A stretch of DNA of 64,000 nucleotides from Lama glama. Lineage: Eukaryota. Below, one piece after another: positions 23,820-37,599 of this stretch (position 1 is the first letter of the stretch; every line of letters starts with the position of its first letter). Both the position numbers and the translations under genes were made by a program. Where the stretch lies: NCBI GenBank assembly GCA_028534125.1, contig CM052816.1:91266001-91330000 (forward strand). The letters run 5' to 3'. Below the pieces are notes generated by a model. It saw only the letters and a list, made by a program, of their open reading frames with translations, had not been told where the DNA came from and made no database searches.

Positions 23820-24400
23820 TGGGACCTTGAGAGCTTTGAATAGACTTTGGATTTTACCCAAAGTGAAATGTTTTCAGGGGAGTGATGTTGGTGGCGTGGC
23901 TTAGAGTATTGGCAAAGGAACCCGAGAATGCTCTGTGGATTCTAGATATATTTTAAGGAGGAAGATATCCCAGATGATTATCAGATTACGAGCTCGAGCA
24001 ACTGGGGGTATTTGGGTGTTACTTACTGAGATAGGACTGGAAGGAGAGCAGATGGAGAGTGGGGAATTTAATTTGGGAAGCAGTAGGTGAGAGATGTTTG
24101 TGAGATAACTAAGAGGTTATTTTAAGTAGACAGTTGGATATTTGGGTCTGGGGCTCAGAGGCGAGGCCAGGAATAAGAGACACTTGGCAGTCTAGGGATG
24201 GCAGAGGGTTGGGCGTGGATGACCTCAACAAGAAGAGACTGCAGAGTGAGATGTGTGCTCAGAGTGGAGGCCTTGTCTTTCCAACATTGAGAGGCCAGTA
24301 GTAGAGGAACAGTCAGCAAAGGAAACAGGATGAGGGACCACTGAGGTCGGAGAACCTGGAAAGTGAAGAGAAGAGAGTGGGTTTTGAGGGCTTATCCAAG
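23820..24400 (-). mobile_element. L2 fragment
   Basis: aagtagacagttggatatttgggtctggggctcagagg...cagcaaaggaaacagga. Confidence 0.7.
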
Positions 24401-24419
24401 AAAATAGACTTGTTCACTC

Positions 24420-24545
24420 TTGTGAGTTGGATTGTGTTTCCTCAAGAAGATACATTGAAGTCCCAAATCCCAGTGCCTCAGGAAATGACTTTATTTGGAC
24501 ATAGGGTCACTGCAGCCATAATGAATCAAGATAAAGTCATACAAG
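24420..24545 (+). mobile_element. MaLR LTR 5' fragment (MLT1)
   Basis: gagttggattgtgtttcc...gaagtcccaaatccc...atgactttatttggacatagggtc. Confidence 0.7.
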
Positions 24546-24699
24546 TGCCAAACATTTGTGACTTGAGCAAGGGTGGCCTCGATGAAGGTGAGGCAGAGCC
24601 AGACTGGGGTGGGTGGTAGAGGGAACCACGGACAAGTGGAGGTAGCTTGTGCGGAGCTGTGATCCCCAAACTGCATGTGCTCGTAGAAGCTCTAAGAAA

Positions 24700-26350
24700 T
24701 TTTGGAAAACTATGTGTCCCCAGCACAGTTGTACATTGACAACCTTTCATCACAGCTTTAAGTAATTTCAAAATATACATATTTTGGCATTCTTTTGGGT
24801 TCTGTGTCCAATTTCAATGTGTATGTAGGAGTGTGACTTGCAACAAAAGCAATTTTCGGACACCAGCAAGGTGTCAGAATTTCAGCTCAGAATCTGACAG
24901 CATCAGATTCCACAAGCTGAGGACTCAGTCCTACAATACTGTGCCCCATCCCCCTTCAGATGTGACTCACAAGTCCAGGTTGTCACCTGTATTTCTGTGC
25001 TGTAGACTGGAGGTTCCAACGACCCAACCTTCCTCCTTGGGTTTGATTAATTTACTAGAGGGGCTTACAGAGCTCAGAGAAACATTTTACTTACTTGATC
25101 ATCAGCTTAATTCAGGAACATCCAGATGGAAGAGATATAGAGGCCGAGGTACGTGGCAGAGTGCTTGGAGCTTCCATACCCGCTCAGAGCACGCCATTCT
25201 CCTCAAATCTCCTCATGTTCACTAACGTGGGAGCTCTCCAAACCCCATCCTTTTAGGGTTTTGAAGGCTTCATTACATGTACACGATTGATTCAATCACT
25301 GGCTATTGGTAATTGAATTCAACTTCCTGCTTTTCTCCCCTCCGTGGAGTTCTGGGGGGTGGGACTAAATGGTCCAACCCTATAATCATATGGTTCCTCT
25401 GGCTATCAGAGCCCATCCTAGGGGAGGGGCCCAAAGCCACCTCATTAATATGATAAAAGACTCCTCTGTCACTTGCTTAGGAAGTCCAAAGGTTTTAGGA
25501 GTTCTGGGCCAGAACTGGGGTTGAAGACCCCATATATATTTGTTACTAAAAAATCAAAATATCACAAGCATGTAGAAATTTGAAGATAAACTGTTGTAAG
25601 TTCTTTTAAAATATACTTACGGAATCAACATAAAATCACAATTTGATATTCAGTGATTTATTTAAAATATTCATGAACAAGATGGAAATTTTACGTTATT
25701 CTTTTTCCCTTGTAATCTTATTTCCATCTGATTTCTTCTGCAGAATTTTATCATAATATAGCTTTATGTTTGGAAATCATCTTTTGAGTGACATTTGTAA
25801 TAAATTATAGACACTGAAATTAAATTTTAAAAAGTCCTATAACCATAAACTTCTGAGCATTAAATATTTTTCTTCTGGGTTGAATTATTTCACAATTAAT
25901 ATTTGTATACAATTAGTCAAAACAATAGGATGCATTATACAATTTGATAAATTATTGTTAAACGTGTTAAAGTTACTAGAAATGTATTTGTTAAAGAGAT
26001 AGATGAAGGAATTTTTTTAAAGTAATTTAAGTATCCATGGTTCAATATTATTTTTTGTGAGAATGAGACAGAGTTCTGCAACAAGTTTCTTTCTGTTTTT
26101 CACTTTTATTAAAATAATCCCTGAGAAACATTTTCAGAGTTAAGCAGATGAGTATGGAAGTAGTTTTGCTCCAGCAGTGCCATTCAGTTCTTTAAACACC
26201 TTCTGGAGGTTTATGGCAAAAATCAAAGAGCGTATATCAAAAGTCATTTTAAATAACCTGTTGGTTGACAGAAGGATTAGGTTCTCCTTCAGTGGTGTGG
26301 AAAGAAAGAATTAGAAAAAGATCTTTTATCCAGTTGCTACACTTACTTCC
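24700..26350 (-). mobile_element. hAT-Charlie DNA transposon fossil, split by an LTR
   Basis: Minus-strand 26190-26032 translates ELNGTAGAKLLPYSSA*L*KCFSGIILIKVKNRKKLVAELCLILTKNNIEPWI, resembling the Charlie C-terminus (LLPFPSTYLCE.GFS....IKTK.RNR.DAE). Confidence 0.65.
24824..25566. mobile_element. MER21-like solo LTR
   Basis: ggacaccagc...cagattccacaagctgaggactcagtcctacaa...ctcagagaaacattttacttac...aagacccc...aatatcaca; TG...CA ends. Confidence 0.75.
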
Positions 26351-26505
26351 TCTGTCAACACCTACAGCAACATTTTGAATTGCCCCTTTGTTAGGCGTTG
26401 GAAGGGTGCGGTGGTTTACCCCTGAAGGCAATGAAGTTAATGAGGTTTTAGCTTCCTGAGCCCTCGCTTGCCTTAGCAAATGCTGGGAGTTAAGAGCCTT
26501 TCTGC

Positions 26506-26658
26506 CTGAAGTGTGGTTCGCGGTGTCCCCTGGGCGTGCCCCGGGCATCGTCAAACGTGAAGAATCTCGGAGCCCACCCAGACCTACTGAATCAAGATCT
26601 GCATTTTAACAAGTTCCCCGGAAGTTTGTAGGTACTTTGAGGTTTGAGAAATGCTGCT
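26506..26658. mobile_element. MER5-like hAT-Charlie MITE
   Basis: aagtgtggtt...cccacccagacctactgaatca...ctgcattttaacaagttcccc...gtttgagaaatgctg. Confidence 0.85.
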
Positions 26659-27379
26659 GTTGGGTCTTCTGTGCTAGGAAGGTAAATGAAGTTGCAATTA
26701 GTAAGCGGTTCGGGTAAATTGTCTAAAGAGATCTCGGAAGAAACGGACCTGGGTTCCCGAGTCCCTAGTATTGGTGTGTTTTCTTTGCTCATTTAAAAAT
26801 CAATATTCAAAATAAAATAAAATAAAATCAATATTCACTTTCAGACCAAATTTTACATTTTTAATTTTTTTTCTTAGAATGAATTCCCAATACTGTGTCA
26901 CCTCCAGGGCTTACAAAATTTGGGCCTGTTCCCTGCCAAGGGCGTGGGCTGAGATTAGAGAGTGGAGGGGAAAATGAGGAAGAGGAAGCTTAATGGGAAA
27001 AACACAAGGCTGGGTGTCAGTGAGGAGGGCCTACCTGAGGCTGGCATACCAGTTTGATTGGCTGTGTGATATTTCTTTTTAGCATCTCCTGGTGATAGAG
27101 CTGGGGGATGAGTGCAGTCTATCTGCATTGGAGGTTTACCGGATGGAGGTAAGGGAGGGAGGAGAGTGATGAAAAGATTAAAGTCACGTGTCTCTCATGA
27201 TACTTTTATGACGTGAAAGGAGATATAAATGATCAGCATCTTAGAGCTGAGGAAACTGAGACCTGGGTCAGATAGTTTTCTAAAATGCCACACTGTCCCT
27301 CACCCAGTTTATCACCTTCCCAGATTCACTTAGCTTTGCCTGCTTCCTAGGACACGGCCACTTCCTCAGTGGAGAGATT

Positions 27380-27895
27380 CACTGACACCCCAACCCTGGT
27401 GGGATGGGTGCTCTGGGGGTGTTGGCTTTTGGCATGGCCTCCAAAATGCCCCTGAAGGAAGAGCTGCCCCTGTGCTTCGCCGCAGGTCCTCCCTCCTCCC
27501 ACCATTCTCGGGCTCCAAGGAGGCCCTGCGCCAGAGGCGATGCATTATGGCTTCTCCAGCAGCTGCCCAGCATGGCCACGTAACATCACTTAGGTGTGTG
27601 AGAGTCAGTGCCACAGGCAGTGAATTGAGGGACAGGGCACAGGTAGGAGCTGGAAAACAAATTCCTCTCCCCCAGTGGATGCATCTGAGGCTCAGGATTC
27701 CTACACGGTCCGCTTGGATGGCATCCTGTGCTGGGAATCAGCTGTCACTGTCTCGGTAGCACCCGTACCCCCTTCAATTTGCTTCCTGTTGTTTCTCACT
27801 CGTTTTTCATGCCTTAGGGTTGTACCTCCAAAGGAAGCTGTAGCACACAGCTCAGCCTCAGCTTCTGCTCCCAGAAGTGTCCCGGAGCAGGACAC
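27380..27895 (+). mobile_element. Probable old ERVL LTR (LTR16-like)
   Basis: GC-richer block ending ctcagcctcagcttctgctcccagaagtgtcccggagcaggaca. Confidence 0.4.
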
Positions 27896-30800
27896 TCATG
27901 CAGGAGGCAGCAGACTTTGTAGAGAAGTCCTCATTTGGAGCGCTCACTGTGTGTCATGCACCAAGCTAACTTCTAGGAATGCCAGGTAGACCATGGAAGA
28001 TGTGACCCCTTCCTCCAGGGGCTACAAATCCAGGTTTTCCCATATCCTGGTCCTGTGTTCTTTCTAGACTACATCATAGTGATTGCAAGGGATGATTTGC
28101 TTCTAAAAAATAATGGATGGAAACTTTCGCCAGATGTGTCCTACTACACAAAGTTAAATTCCTTCTGTCATATTTTGGTTTTCTGAGTGAATTTTATGTG
28201 AAAGTATAATTTGCTTTTTCTGTGGGTATGAAACAGAAAGAGAGAAGCAAACAATATACTCCACAAAAATAATTTTCTTCAAATTAGTATTGTTTTAGAA
28301 GGCATGCCTTTTTTTCACGCCATTGAATCTGACACATCTCATAGTAATCTAGGTTATTAGCCATTTTGCAATGAATGACCACAGATCCAGCCTCCTAATT
28401 CCCCTGTCTCCTATGTAGTGTCATTATTCACACTCCATTGATTCATTTATTCATTCACAGAGAGTTGTGGCACTGAATTTAACAAAATAAAATACTGACT
28501 TCTGGTGTAACCTTAGCCTCGATGTTTTGAAAAATTTGGCAGCCCGCTTTGAGCAATGAAGTTGGACATTTGGGAGGATTCAAAGTTGGCACAGAATGGG
28601 CCTCAAGGATCATCATATTACACAGGAAGACACCGAGTCCCAAGGAGGGTAGAGAGATTCCCCAGCATCAATGTTAGAGCTGGAACTCAAGAGTCATCGG
28701 ACCCTCTTACCATTATGTTACTTGGGAACTCTTCTTTATCAGAGAAAGAACTCTATTTTGAAATTCAAGTATTCATCCACCTACTGCAGTTCCCACTGAA
28801 GAGTGAGCAACTGGGATGAGGTCTACTTCTTAAAGAAAGGGCCATAACCTTGGAATTAAACATTTATGAGGAAGGCATTCCTCTTTGCAACTGCCACGTA
28901 AGAATTTGGGAACAGCTGTAGCACAGGCGAGAGCGTATAATGTTGCCTCCCTCACTCCCAGGGGCAAAGCCACGACTAGGTTTGCTTTTGCTAAATTTTC
29001 GAGGTGATTTGTCCAGATTAAAAATGTCCAGAATACCCTACATGCAGTTTTGCAGAACTGACAGTGTTTAATGCTCACATCTTGCTAATCATTTCTTTGA
29101 AAATGTGCCTCCGAATGCTTGGCCTGAATAAAGGAAAATGTTTGCCTCACTGGGCTGCTTAGTGGAGTTCAAAGTGAATTGATCCACTGGGAAAGAGTCT
29201 ATATGAGATTGTTCTGCTCTTCTTTTTTCCCCTTTAAGTTAATTTTTTAAATTTGCTACATAAGAATAATGAACTCCAATGAGATTAATTTGATATAATG
29301 CATTCTATAATTAAATCCCAACTTAAGATCAGTACTGCAAATATGAGTAAGCAACTAAATAAAATAAGTTTTAACTATGCTTTAATAGTCTAAGAGGAAA
29401 AGTCTATGCTGGAACCAAAAATTCAGGCAATATATTGGTAGAACATCCCTCCTATGCTGTCAAACTATACAATGGAAAGCCTCATTAAGGGTTTTGATAA
29501 AATCTGAACACTTTGCCTTCTTGCTTTTAAAACCTATTTTCTCCCTATTCCCTACAAATGTAAATATTTGCTATTTGAGTGTGAAAATGTGGGGGAAATA
29601 TTCCCATGGTTAGTGGGTAGTAGTTAAAAGAGCCCTGCATTTTGATTTAGGAATTCTAGTCTCCAGTCCTACAACAAAATAGCTGCTTGACAGAATCACT
29701 TAATCTCTGTTTCAATATCTGTCAAATGAGAAGTTTAGTCTATTAAACAATGTCTGGGTTTCCCGTCCCATTCAGTGACTCCAAGCGAGTATTAGTCTTT
29801 GCTCTTGCGTTTCAACACACCCTTAGCCTTTGCCATGATTTTTATCATGTATTTGGAGATACTGACTTCAGTTACTTTGAGAAATCATGTTATACAAGGA
29901 ATTAATTTCATAGATATTCATATGTAATAATCAATAGTGGCCCTTGAACTTCTCAAAGTCAATCAGATTTTAAACTCTTTAGAAACATCATATTCTCAAA
30001 TTATGGTAATGTACATATCACCCTGGAAGATAGTTTTCAAATGAAAGGAAATACTGAATATCTATGATAATTTCCAATCAGTAAAGAAAGATATCTGGCC
30101 TCTTGTGGTTTACCACACTTCGGTGAAAATCTAAGTTGGATAAATTGTTTATTTGGAATATAGCTCATAATGCAGCTTTCTAAGTTTGCATGTATTCAAA
30201 GATTTTGCAGTCAAAGATTCCCCAAGAGCAAGTATCTTCCTGTCCAATAAATATCACATTTGGTCATTGGCCAACCCTGTGAGTTAGACTGAAGGCATAT
30301 TTATATTCTAATTCTACAGTTAAAAAAAAACTGAGTTTCAGAGGGTTTAATCATCTTTGCCAGTTTTACGCAGCTTTTCAGTTGGATCAGAATCTAAGTG
30401 TCTCACTCAGGCACTCTGTTCACTACATCACAGGTTCCTTTGAGTTGCCTAAATTGAGAAAAAAAATTGTTCACGGAAAATACGAAGTGTCACTGTAAGC
30501 AGATACAGGGAGTAACAAAGCAAAAGCAGACTCTTTGCCCAAAGAATCCAGGGGAATTTGGAAATATTCAAAACACTTTCTCTCACATAAAATTGCTCTT
30601 GCTTCTCTAGTCCTTATTAGAAATGAAAGTTAATTGTTGAAAATGTAAGTTGAAAACATAGCTTTCGTTAAGAATGTTAAGGCTTGAACTAAGCAGTGGA
30701 ACCTTATAAAAGCTCAGCTGTGGAGGGAAGTGCTTCTCTCTTTTATACCTAGAATGTAGAGCAAGAGGCGACACCTCAGTGAGGTGAAGATGCCAGTGAG

Positions 30801-32019
30801 GGTGGCGGTCCTTGATGGAAGACTCAAAGGGCAACAGAATAAATCCTGAATAAAAATAATTTGATTCAAACTTATGTAGATTAGAACACAGAGAGTCGCT
30901 AGGTATTTAATCATGTATTCCAAGTCAGAGAAAATATCAATAACTGATTGCAGAACAAATATAAATTGTTTGCTTGCCATAATTAGAGTTTCTCCAGATG
31001 AGAAGAAACAGCTTATCTTTGTATGATTAAATGTTCGTAAGATTTGGCACAACTGAACTGATCACTTAAAAAATTAATTCAAAGACTTCATTTCTTTGTT
31101 CTACTATTTTGCCTTTTGGAAAATTTCCTCAAGAATGTATTTTTTTTTAAATTGTTAATCTGTATGTAACTATAAGAAGTGTTAACAGAGGTAGCGTAAG
31201 GCAGTATTCTTGACGTGGGATGCCATTAGGCAATTTAAGCGTGCAGCCAGGGTGGAGAACTCCAGCCGTAGTGAAAAGGGCATGGGCCCTGATGTCAGAA
31301 GACTTGAGTGTGAAAGCCAGTTCTCAAATTTACTAATGTAATTTACTGAATTAAAAACATTAATTTTACTAATTTATTGTCTATAACATTTGAATTGTAG
31401 TCCTTATTCAGGGGTGGTACAGGTGTGCTGCAACTCATGTAATTTGAGGGACCTCTTTGAGAAAAAGAATATAAAACAATCTTACCTTTGTAAATACCAG
31501 AAAACTGTCCATCCAAATGATAGAAGGCTAAGTGTCAACAGCTTCATCATAAATTTCACTCTGTCTTTACTATCAGATTACTGATGGCGTCTTATTGAAG
31601 AATGGTTATAAGATTGCATTACGGCTTTACAGAACTTGGTGCAGTATTATTATGATGGTGGGAGACCAGAAGGATGAAGTGTTGGGAGTGGCATTTATGG
31701 AGAAGAGGGAGTCTATTTTAGAATTTACAGGCTGAAGGAGAATGGATTCTCGCTGAACATATGGTGCCACCATCATCAGGACACATATATTGAATGTTTT
31801 CTCCCTAATATTTTATAATCAAGGGATAATCAGTAACTGTCAACTTTTCTGTTGTTCTTGTTCAAATAGTTTCCTTTAGGATTAAAAGGCATCATCTTCG
31901 AAATCACTGTCAGAAGTTAGGAATGTATAACTTGGATCTGGCACAAAGGAAATTGCTTACATAGAAATGATATATTTATAAATATAACATGAAAATCCCC
32001 CTTTGACCCTTCTCACGTA

Positions 32020-32860
32020 ATGTCTGTTTCTGTATCTTGGAGATCGCATCTATTCATATGGCTTCAACAGCCACATGTATCTTTCTTCTCATTCTATGTA
32101 TGCCTTGGTTGCACATTCGATTTTTGTGCTGGTGAAACCCAAATGTCCATCTCCAGTGTTCTCTCTTGAGTGCAAGATGTATACAAATGCCTACCAGGCC
32201 TCCACATTTCACCTCAAACCTCATTAGTTTACAACTGCAAGAGTGGTAGGTACCTCGTCCCTACTGGGACCCCATCTTGGTGAAGGACACACTATACACA
32301 CAGCCATCTGAGCAGGAAGCCTTGGAATCAGCTGGATTCCTGCCTCTTCCTCTCCCCTGACACTGAATCATCAATCACATCCCATGGATTCTGCCTCTGT
32401 ATCCAGATGTATCTCTTTCTCTGTTTCTCTGCTGCCTCTAATTTGAATCAGGCCCTCGCTGTCTTGCACCGAACTATTGCAGTATCTGATAAACAGGTCT
32501 ATCCTCCTTCCAATGCACGATTCGACTATTCTTTGAACAGTACAAATTTGATCATGTTTGCAATCTTTCAATAGCTTCCTGCTTTTGAAGATAAAATCCT
32601 CAAGAACATGCCACATTAAAGATGTGATCTCTGACCTAACCTGCTCCCGCATGGCTCTTTGGTTTAATATGGAAGAATCTTTTACAGTTCTTTAAATGCC
32701 AGCTTTCATTTCTGTGCCTTTGGCCATTCTGCCTTTCCTGGCTTTTTTGCCTGCTTCTTCTGCATACAACACACATTCATCTTTCTGGGCTTAACACAGA
32801 CATCATCTCATCATAGATGTTTCCCTGGTCTTGCCCCATATCCAGGCTGAGTTAGATACC
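32020..32860 (+). mobile_element. L2 fragment
   Basis: tctattcatatggcttcaac...cccaaatgtccatctccag...aagccttggaatcagctggattcc...aagataaaatcc. Confidence 0.75.
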
Positions 32861-33199
32861 TCTTTGCTGGAAATGGTGGAAGAGGAAGTAGAAACAAAGT
32901 TTCGATCACTCACATGAAAGAGAACAGAAAAAGGAGACAGTAACTAGGATCAACTCAGCATAGGATAACTTTGTGACAGAGTTCAGTAAAACCTATCTGA
33001 ACTCTGTCAGCTCTCTGCTTCCTGCCTGGCTCAGGAAAGAATGACAAACATTGGTGTCTTTGAATTAGATTTTTCTTCTGATTTAGTTTTATCTATTTCC
33101 TCAATCCAATTTTCAAGATTTTTATGATTGTCATATCATCTAGAGATTAAGCCAATCTCTGAAACCAGTGTAATCAGAGAATAAATTGTATTTTGAGCT

Positions 33200-36120
33200 T
33201 CATACATTTTGTAAAATTGATATTATTTCTTCCTTAATTGGTAGAATTCATGAATGAAGTTGTCTGGAGTTTTCTTTGGGAAGGTTTTGAATACAAATAC
33301 ATGTCTTTAATGATTGTAGGACTATTTAGATTTTCTGTCTTCTCATGTCAGTTTTAGTAATTTGTGTCTTTCAAGGAATTTACCTTTTAATCTAAATTGT
33401 TGAATTTATTGATATAAAGTGATTCAAAAATTTATTATTCCTTTAATGTCTATGGATCATTGTGGATGTTTTTTTTTTTCTTTCTTGGTGTTGATTTGTG
33501 CTTTCTCTATTTTTATCTTAATCAGTTAAACTAGGGGGTTATCAATTTTGTTAACATTTTCAATAAACCAAATTTTGGTTTTCTTTATTATTTATCTGTT
33601 TTCTATTTCATTGATACCCACTCTTACCATTACTGGTTCCTTCCTTTTGCTTAATTTGGTTTTAGACTTCCTTTACTAGATTCTTAAGGTAAAAGCAATA
33701 ATTATTGATTTTCATTTAAAATTTTTAATCTTAATTTTAAAAGAGAAAGCTCTTTTTTATATGGGCAAGTAGAGATATATAATTTCTCCCAAACAGTGCA
33801 TCCTACAAATTTGGATAGTGCTATTTTTTTTATCATTCATATAAGAATATTTTCAAATTTCTTCTCTGAACCAGGGATTGAGAAATAGATTCCTTAATTT
33901 CCAAATATTTGGGAATTTTTGATATCTATTTTTAAATAATTTTATAATTTAATTTACTTGTTGTCAGAGAATATATCTTGTATGATTTCAATTCTTTAAT
34001 TTTTTCCTGTAGTTTGTTTTGTGACACAACATATGGCCTATATCGATGGATTCTCCATAATCACTTGGAAAAAAATGTGTATTGTGCTAGTCAAGTTACT
34101 TGATAGCGTTATTCAAGTCTTCTATATCCACACAGAGTGTTTTGTATACTTATCTATTACTGAGAAAGGAGTATTGAAATCTAAAATGTTAATTGTGGAA
34201 TTTCCTATTTACCCATCTTGTTCCATTCATTTTTTTCTTTGCATATTTTGCATTTATGTTATTAGCTATATACACATTTATTAGTTTAATGTCTTCTTGA
34301 TGATCATGTTTTCATTATAGAATGCCCCTCTTTATCTCTAAAAATATTTCTTATCCTGAAGTCGAATTTGTCTGATATTAATGCAGACAACCCAGTATTC
34401 ATCTGATGAATATCTAAGAGGTATACTTTCTTCCATCATTTTCTCTCTTATGAACAGCATATTGCTTTTTAAAAAATCCAGTCTCATAATCCTTTTCTTT
34501 TAGTTAGAATCCAGTTGTATTTAAAGTAATTACCAAAGAATTGTGTTTAAATATGCCATCTCATATTAGCTATTTTTTGTCCCATTAGATCTTTTTTTTT
34601 CCCTTCCTTTCTTGCTTTCTTCTGGATTATTTTTAAGGATTTCACTTTATGTCTTCTACTGTTTTTTCAGCTATATCTCTTTTCTTCTCCTTTCTTTCTT
34701 TTTTGAAATTAGTTGCTCTTCAGCTTACAATATTCATCCTTTACTTACCACAGTATGTACGTGTATACATACACATAATATATTATACTTACTACAGTAT
34801 ACTTCCATTTTCTCTGGAATTAAGCAGCAAGAGAAAATAGTTTATGTTTATTTACATATTTAATTTTTATAGAGCTCTCCATTCTTTGTGTAGACTGAAT
34901 TTCCATCTGGTATCAATTTTCATTTGGTCTGAAGGACTTCTCTTTTTTTTAATATATATCTTGTAGTGCTTGTCTGCTGGTGACAGCTTCTTTCTGCATT
35001 TGTTTGCTTAAAACAGTCTTTATTTTTTGGAGGATATTTTTACAAGATTTTAGATTTTATTTTTTCCTTTCAGTACTTTAAAGATGTCAATCTAATGTAG
35101 TCTGGCTTACGTTGTTTCTAACAAGGTTAGCAGTTGCTCTTCCTTTTTTTCTTACTCCTTTATAAGATTTTTTTCCTTTATCTATTTTGGGAAATAGCCC
35201 TTTCCAGAAAAGCTATCATGCTTTCCAAACATTCAAAGATTTATGAGATTTATCCCATGCCGCTAAAAATAAAACAATTTATGTTTCTATTGACTGACTT
35301 CCTTTGGTGCCGCATCACATTTGCCACTTCCTCACAACGTGTAGCAATGTTTTATTACTTGCTGGATACTATGGGTGCTATGTTGCTGAAGAGCTGGCTT
35401 TTACATTCTTTCTTCATAGAAGATTGAGTTTTATTCCAGCAGGCAGGCAGCTTACTTAGGCTTAACTCATTCAGGGATCATTTTCAAGCTTCGTTAGGGG
35501 CGTTTTAGAGTAGTTTTTACTGTGGAACTAGATTAGCATCCTTTTCCGAGTCTCGACTGAATGTCAAGGTTATTTAATTAGATGTCTCCACGCTGGTCAG
35601 TATTCAAATATCTCCCAGCCTAGGTGAGTTCTAATAGTTGTTCAACTCAAATTTCCCCAGTAATTTTGCTTTCTTCAGTAGATGTTTTTTGCCTCATCTT
35701 ATGGATTCTGCCCTGTGCATACACAGTTTTGTGTTGCATCAAAGAGTAAGAGGAACCATGTGCACAATTCTGGAGCTTCTTTTATGCATGGATCCCATCT
35801 CTGCATTCCTGCCCCACAATTTCCAGCCACCTCTGTAGCCCAGAGCCATGATATCTGCCGCCGCCACCCAGGGAGACGTCTGCACTCTGCTGGGGCTCCA
35901 TCCTCCCCCACACCAGCATTTGCAAAATGCCTCCAGGTGGAGAGCTGCTGCGAGAATGATTCTCATCTTAAGAGTCCCCTGCTTCCCTCAGGGATCACAG
36001 CTTTGTGTTGCCTGTTGTCTAATATCTAAAAATAATAATCATTTCCTATATTTTGTCCAGTTTTATAGTTGTCTCTGGTGAGATTTGTCTGGTACAAGTT
36101 ACTTTGTTATGGCCGCAAGC
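33200..36120 (-). mobile_element. Ancient L1 (L1M-type), long degraded antisense fragment(s)
   Basis: T-rich block containing ttggtagaattca...tctaaattgttgaatttattg...ctattactgagaaaggagtattgaaatc...tttgtctgatattaat. Confidence 0.85.
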
Positions 36121-36479
36121 CGAAGACCTCTAACATATTTTGAAATATAACTTGTGAGATTATAGCTCAGCCATCTTTGCAAGTTTTAAAAATTCATTTG
36201 TCTTATGAATATTACATGAAGAACAGTTTTTTCTATTTCAACAATATTGGCTAGACTCTCCCAAGTCCTGAGAGGTAAAGTTTTCTCTGTATAAACCTTA
36301 GATACCTCCCCAAGGTTTGCCATTTCTAAATTGAAATGGCAGAGAGAAAAAAAAAAAAATCAGCAGTACAGAAGCAATTTTATACTTTGTACACACCACT
36401 GCAGTCTTCATGCTGTTTCATAAAAGGCAGAGGGAGATTTTTTTTTTTCTTTTGAGTTTCGGATGGTTGCCAAGTTTCA

Positions 36480-36690
36480 AAGAGCATCAGACTAAGTCTC
36501 AGAAGATACTGATTCTTCTCCTGGTTTTATCAGTTTCTAATTATGTGATCTTGGATAAAGGTTAACAGTTTTCTCATCTGTGAAGCTATATCTGATTTAC
36601 CTACCTCATGGGATTAACATGTGGTTTAGGTGTAGTTAAACAGATCAGAAAGGACATGGTAGACTGTAAAACACTGTATTTATAAGGTGT
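36480..36690 (+). mobile_element. MIR
   Basis: aagagcatcagact...tatgtgatcttggataaag...agttttctcatctgtgaa...tacctacctcatggg. Confidence 0.65.
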
Positions 36691-37599
36691 ATTACCCCTC
36701 ACCTTGGGAAATACGAGATAAATTTATAAGTAAAGGTGATAATTTCAAGTGCAAAATTTTCAAAGCACAAGGAAGATCAATAATGGAATGAAAATAGGAA
36801 CATAATTAGAGGGGATAATATTTATTTTTTATTTGTAGCAAATTAATTGAAAATCCAATATGTTATCAGAAGCAAAGCAAATTTCACTCAGCTTAGTCAA
36901 AACAAGTTTAAATGTGATATGACCAATTGTTTTCCAGTATTATAATTCTATATCCTGTCTTCATTTTAATTATGGGGGTGTATTCTGGAAATAGTTATTA
37001 CAGTGATAAAATTTCATTGAAGAAATGTTATTTTAATGCCTATGATTTATTCCAGTAGTTCTGATATAAACATTGATGCTATGCCATCAAACTGTGACCC
37101 AAATTCAAAGGATGTTCTTAAAATAGTATTTTCCAAAAAATAAAATCATATCTATGAAACCTTCAAAAATTCAGATTTATTCCATGTTGCTAAAAAGAAA
37201 CTATTTACAGTTTTTGAGCCAAACAATTACGCCAGAGCATCATCAGGGAGAGAGAAACTTCCCTTCCCCAATTAATGGGCTTATTTTTGTCAGAATGACC
37301 TTGCTTTTCTCAGCAAGCTTATAATCATGGAATCATAAGCCATGAGATACAGAAGACACCATAGACCTGTTCTGAGCCAAGAATCCATCTTATGGAATTA
37401 AACATTCTGATGGTGACCACTCCAGGGAGTCCATGTATAATGCAGACAGAAAAGCACTGCATACAAAGAGGAAAAATAAATTAATGCCATGCCCATCCAT
37501 AATTTTTTTAGGAGTTAATCTATTGATATTTTTAAATGTGTTGGTCATCACTAGTGGGAAGCACTATACTCAGTATTTTGGAAAGTTACAAAGGAACTT

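Noticed and set aside
30764..30856. Acceptor-like site followed by two AATAAA (possible terminal exon)
   Set aside because: All frames stop within a few codons, no upstream plus-strand exons were identified, and such signals are common in AT-rich DNA.
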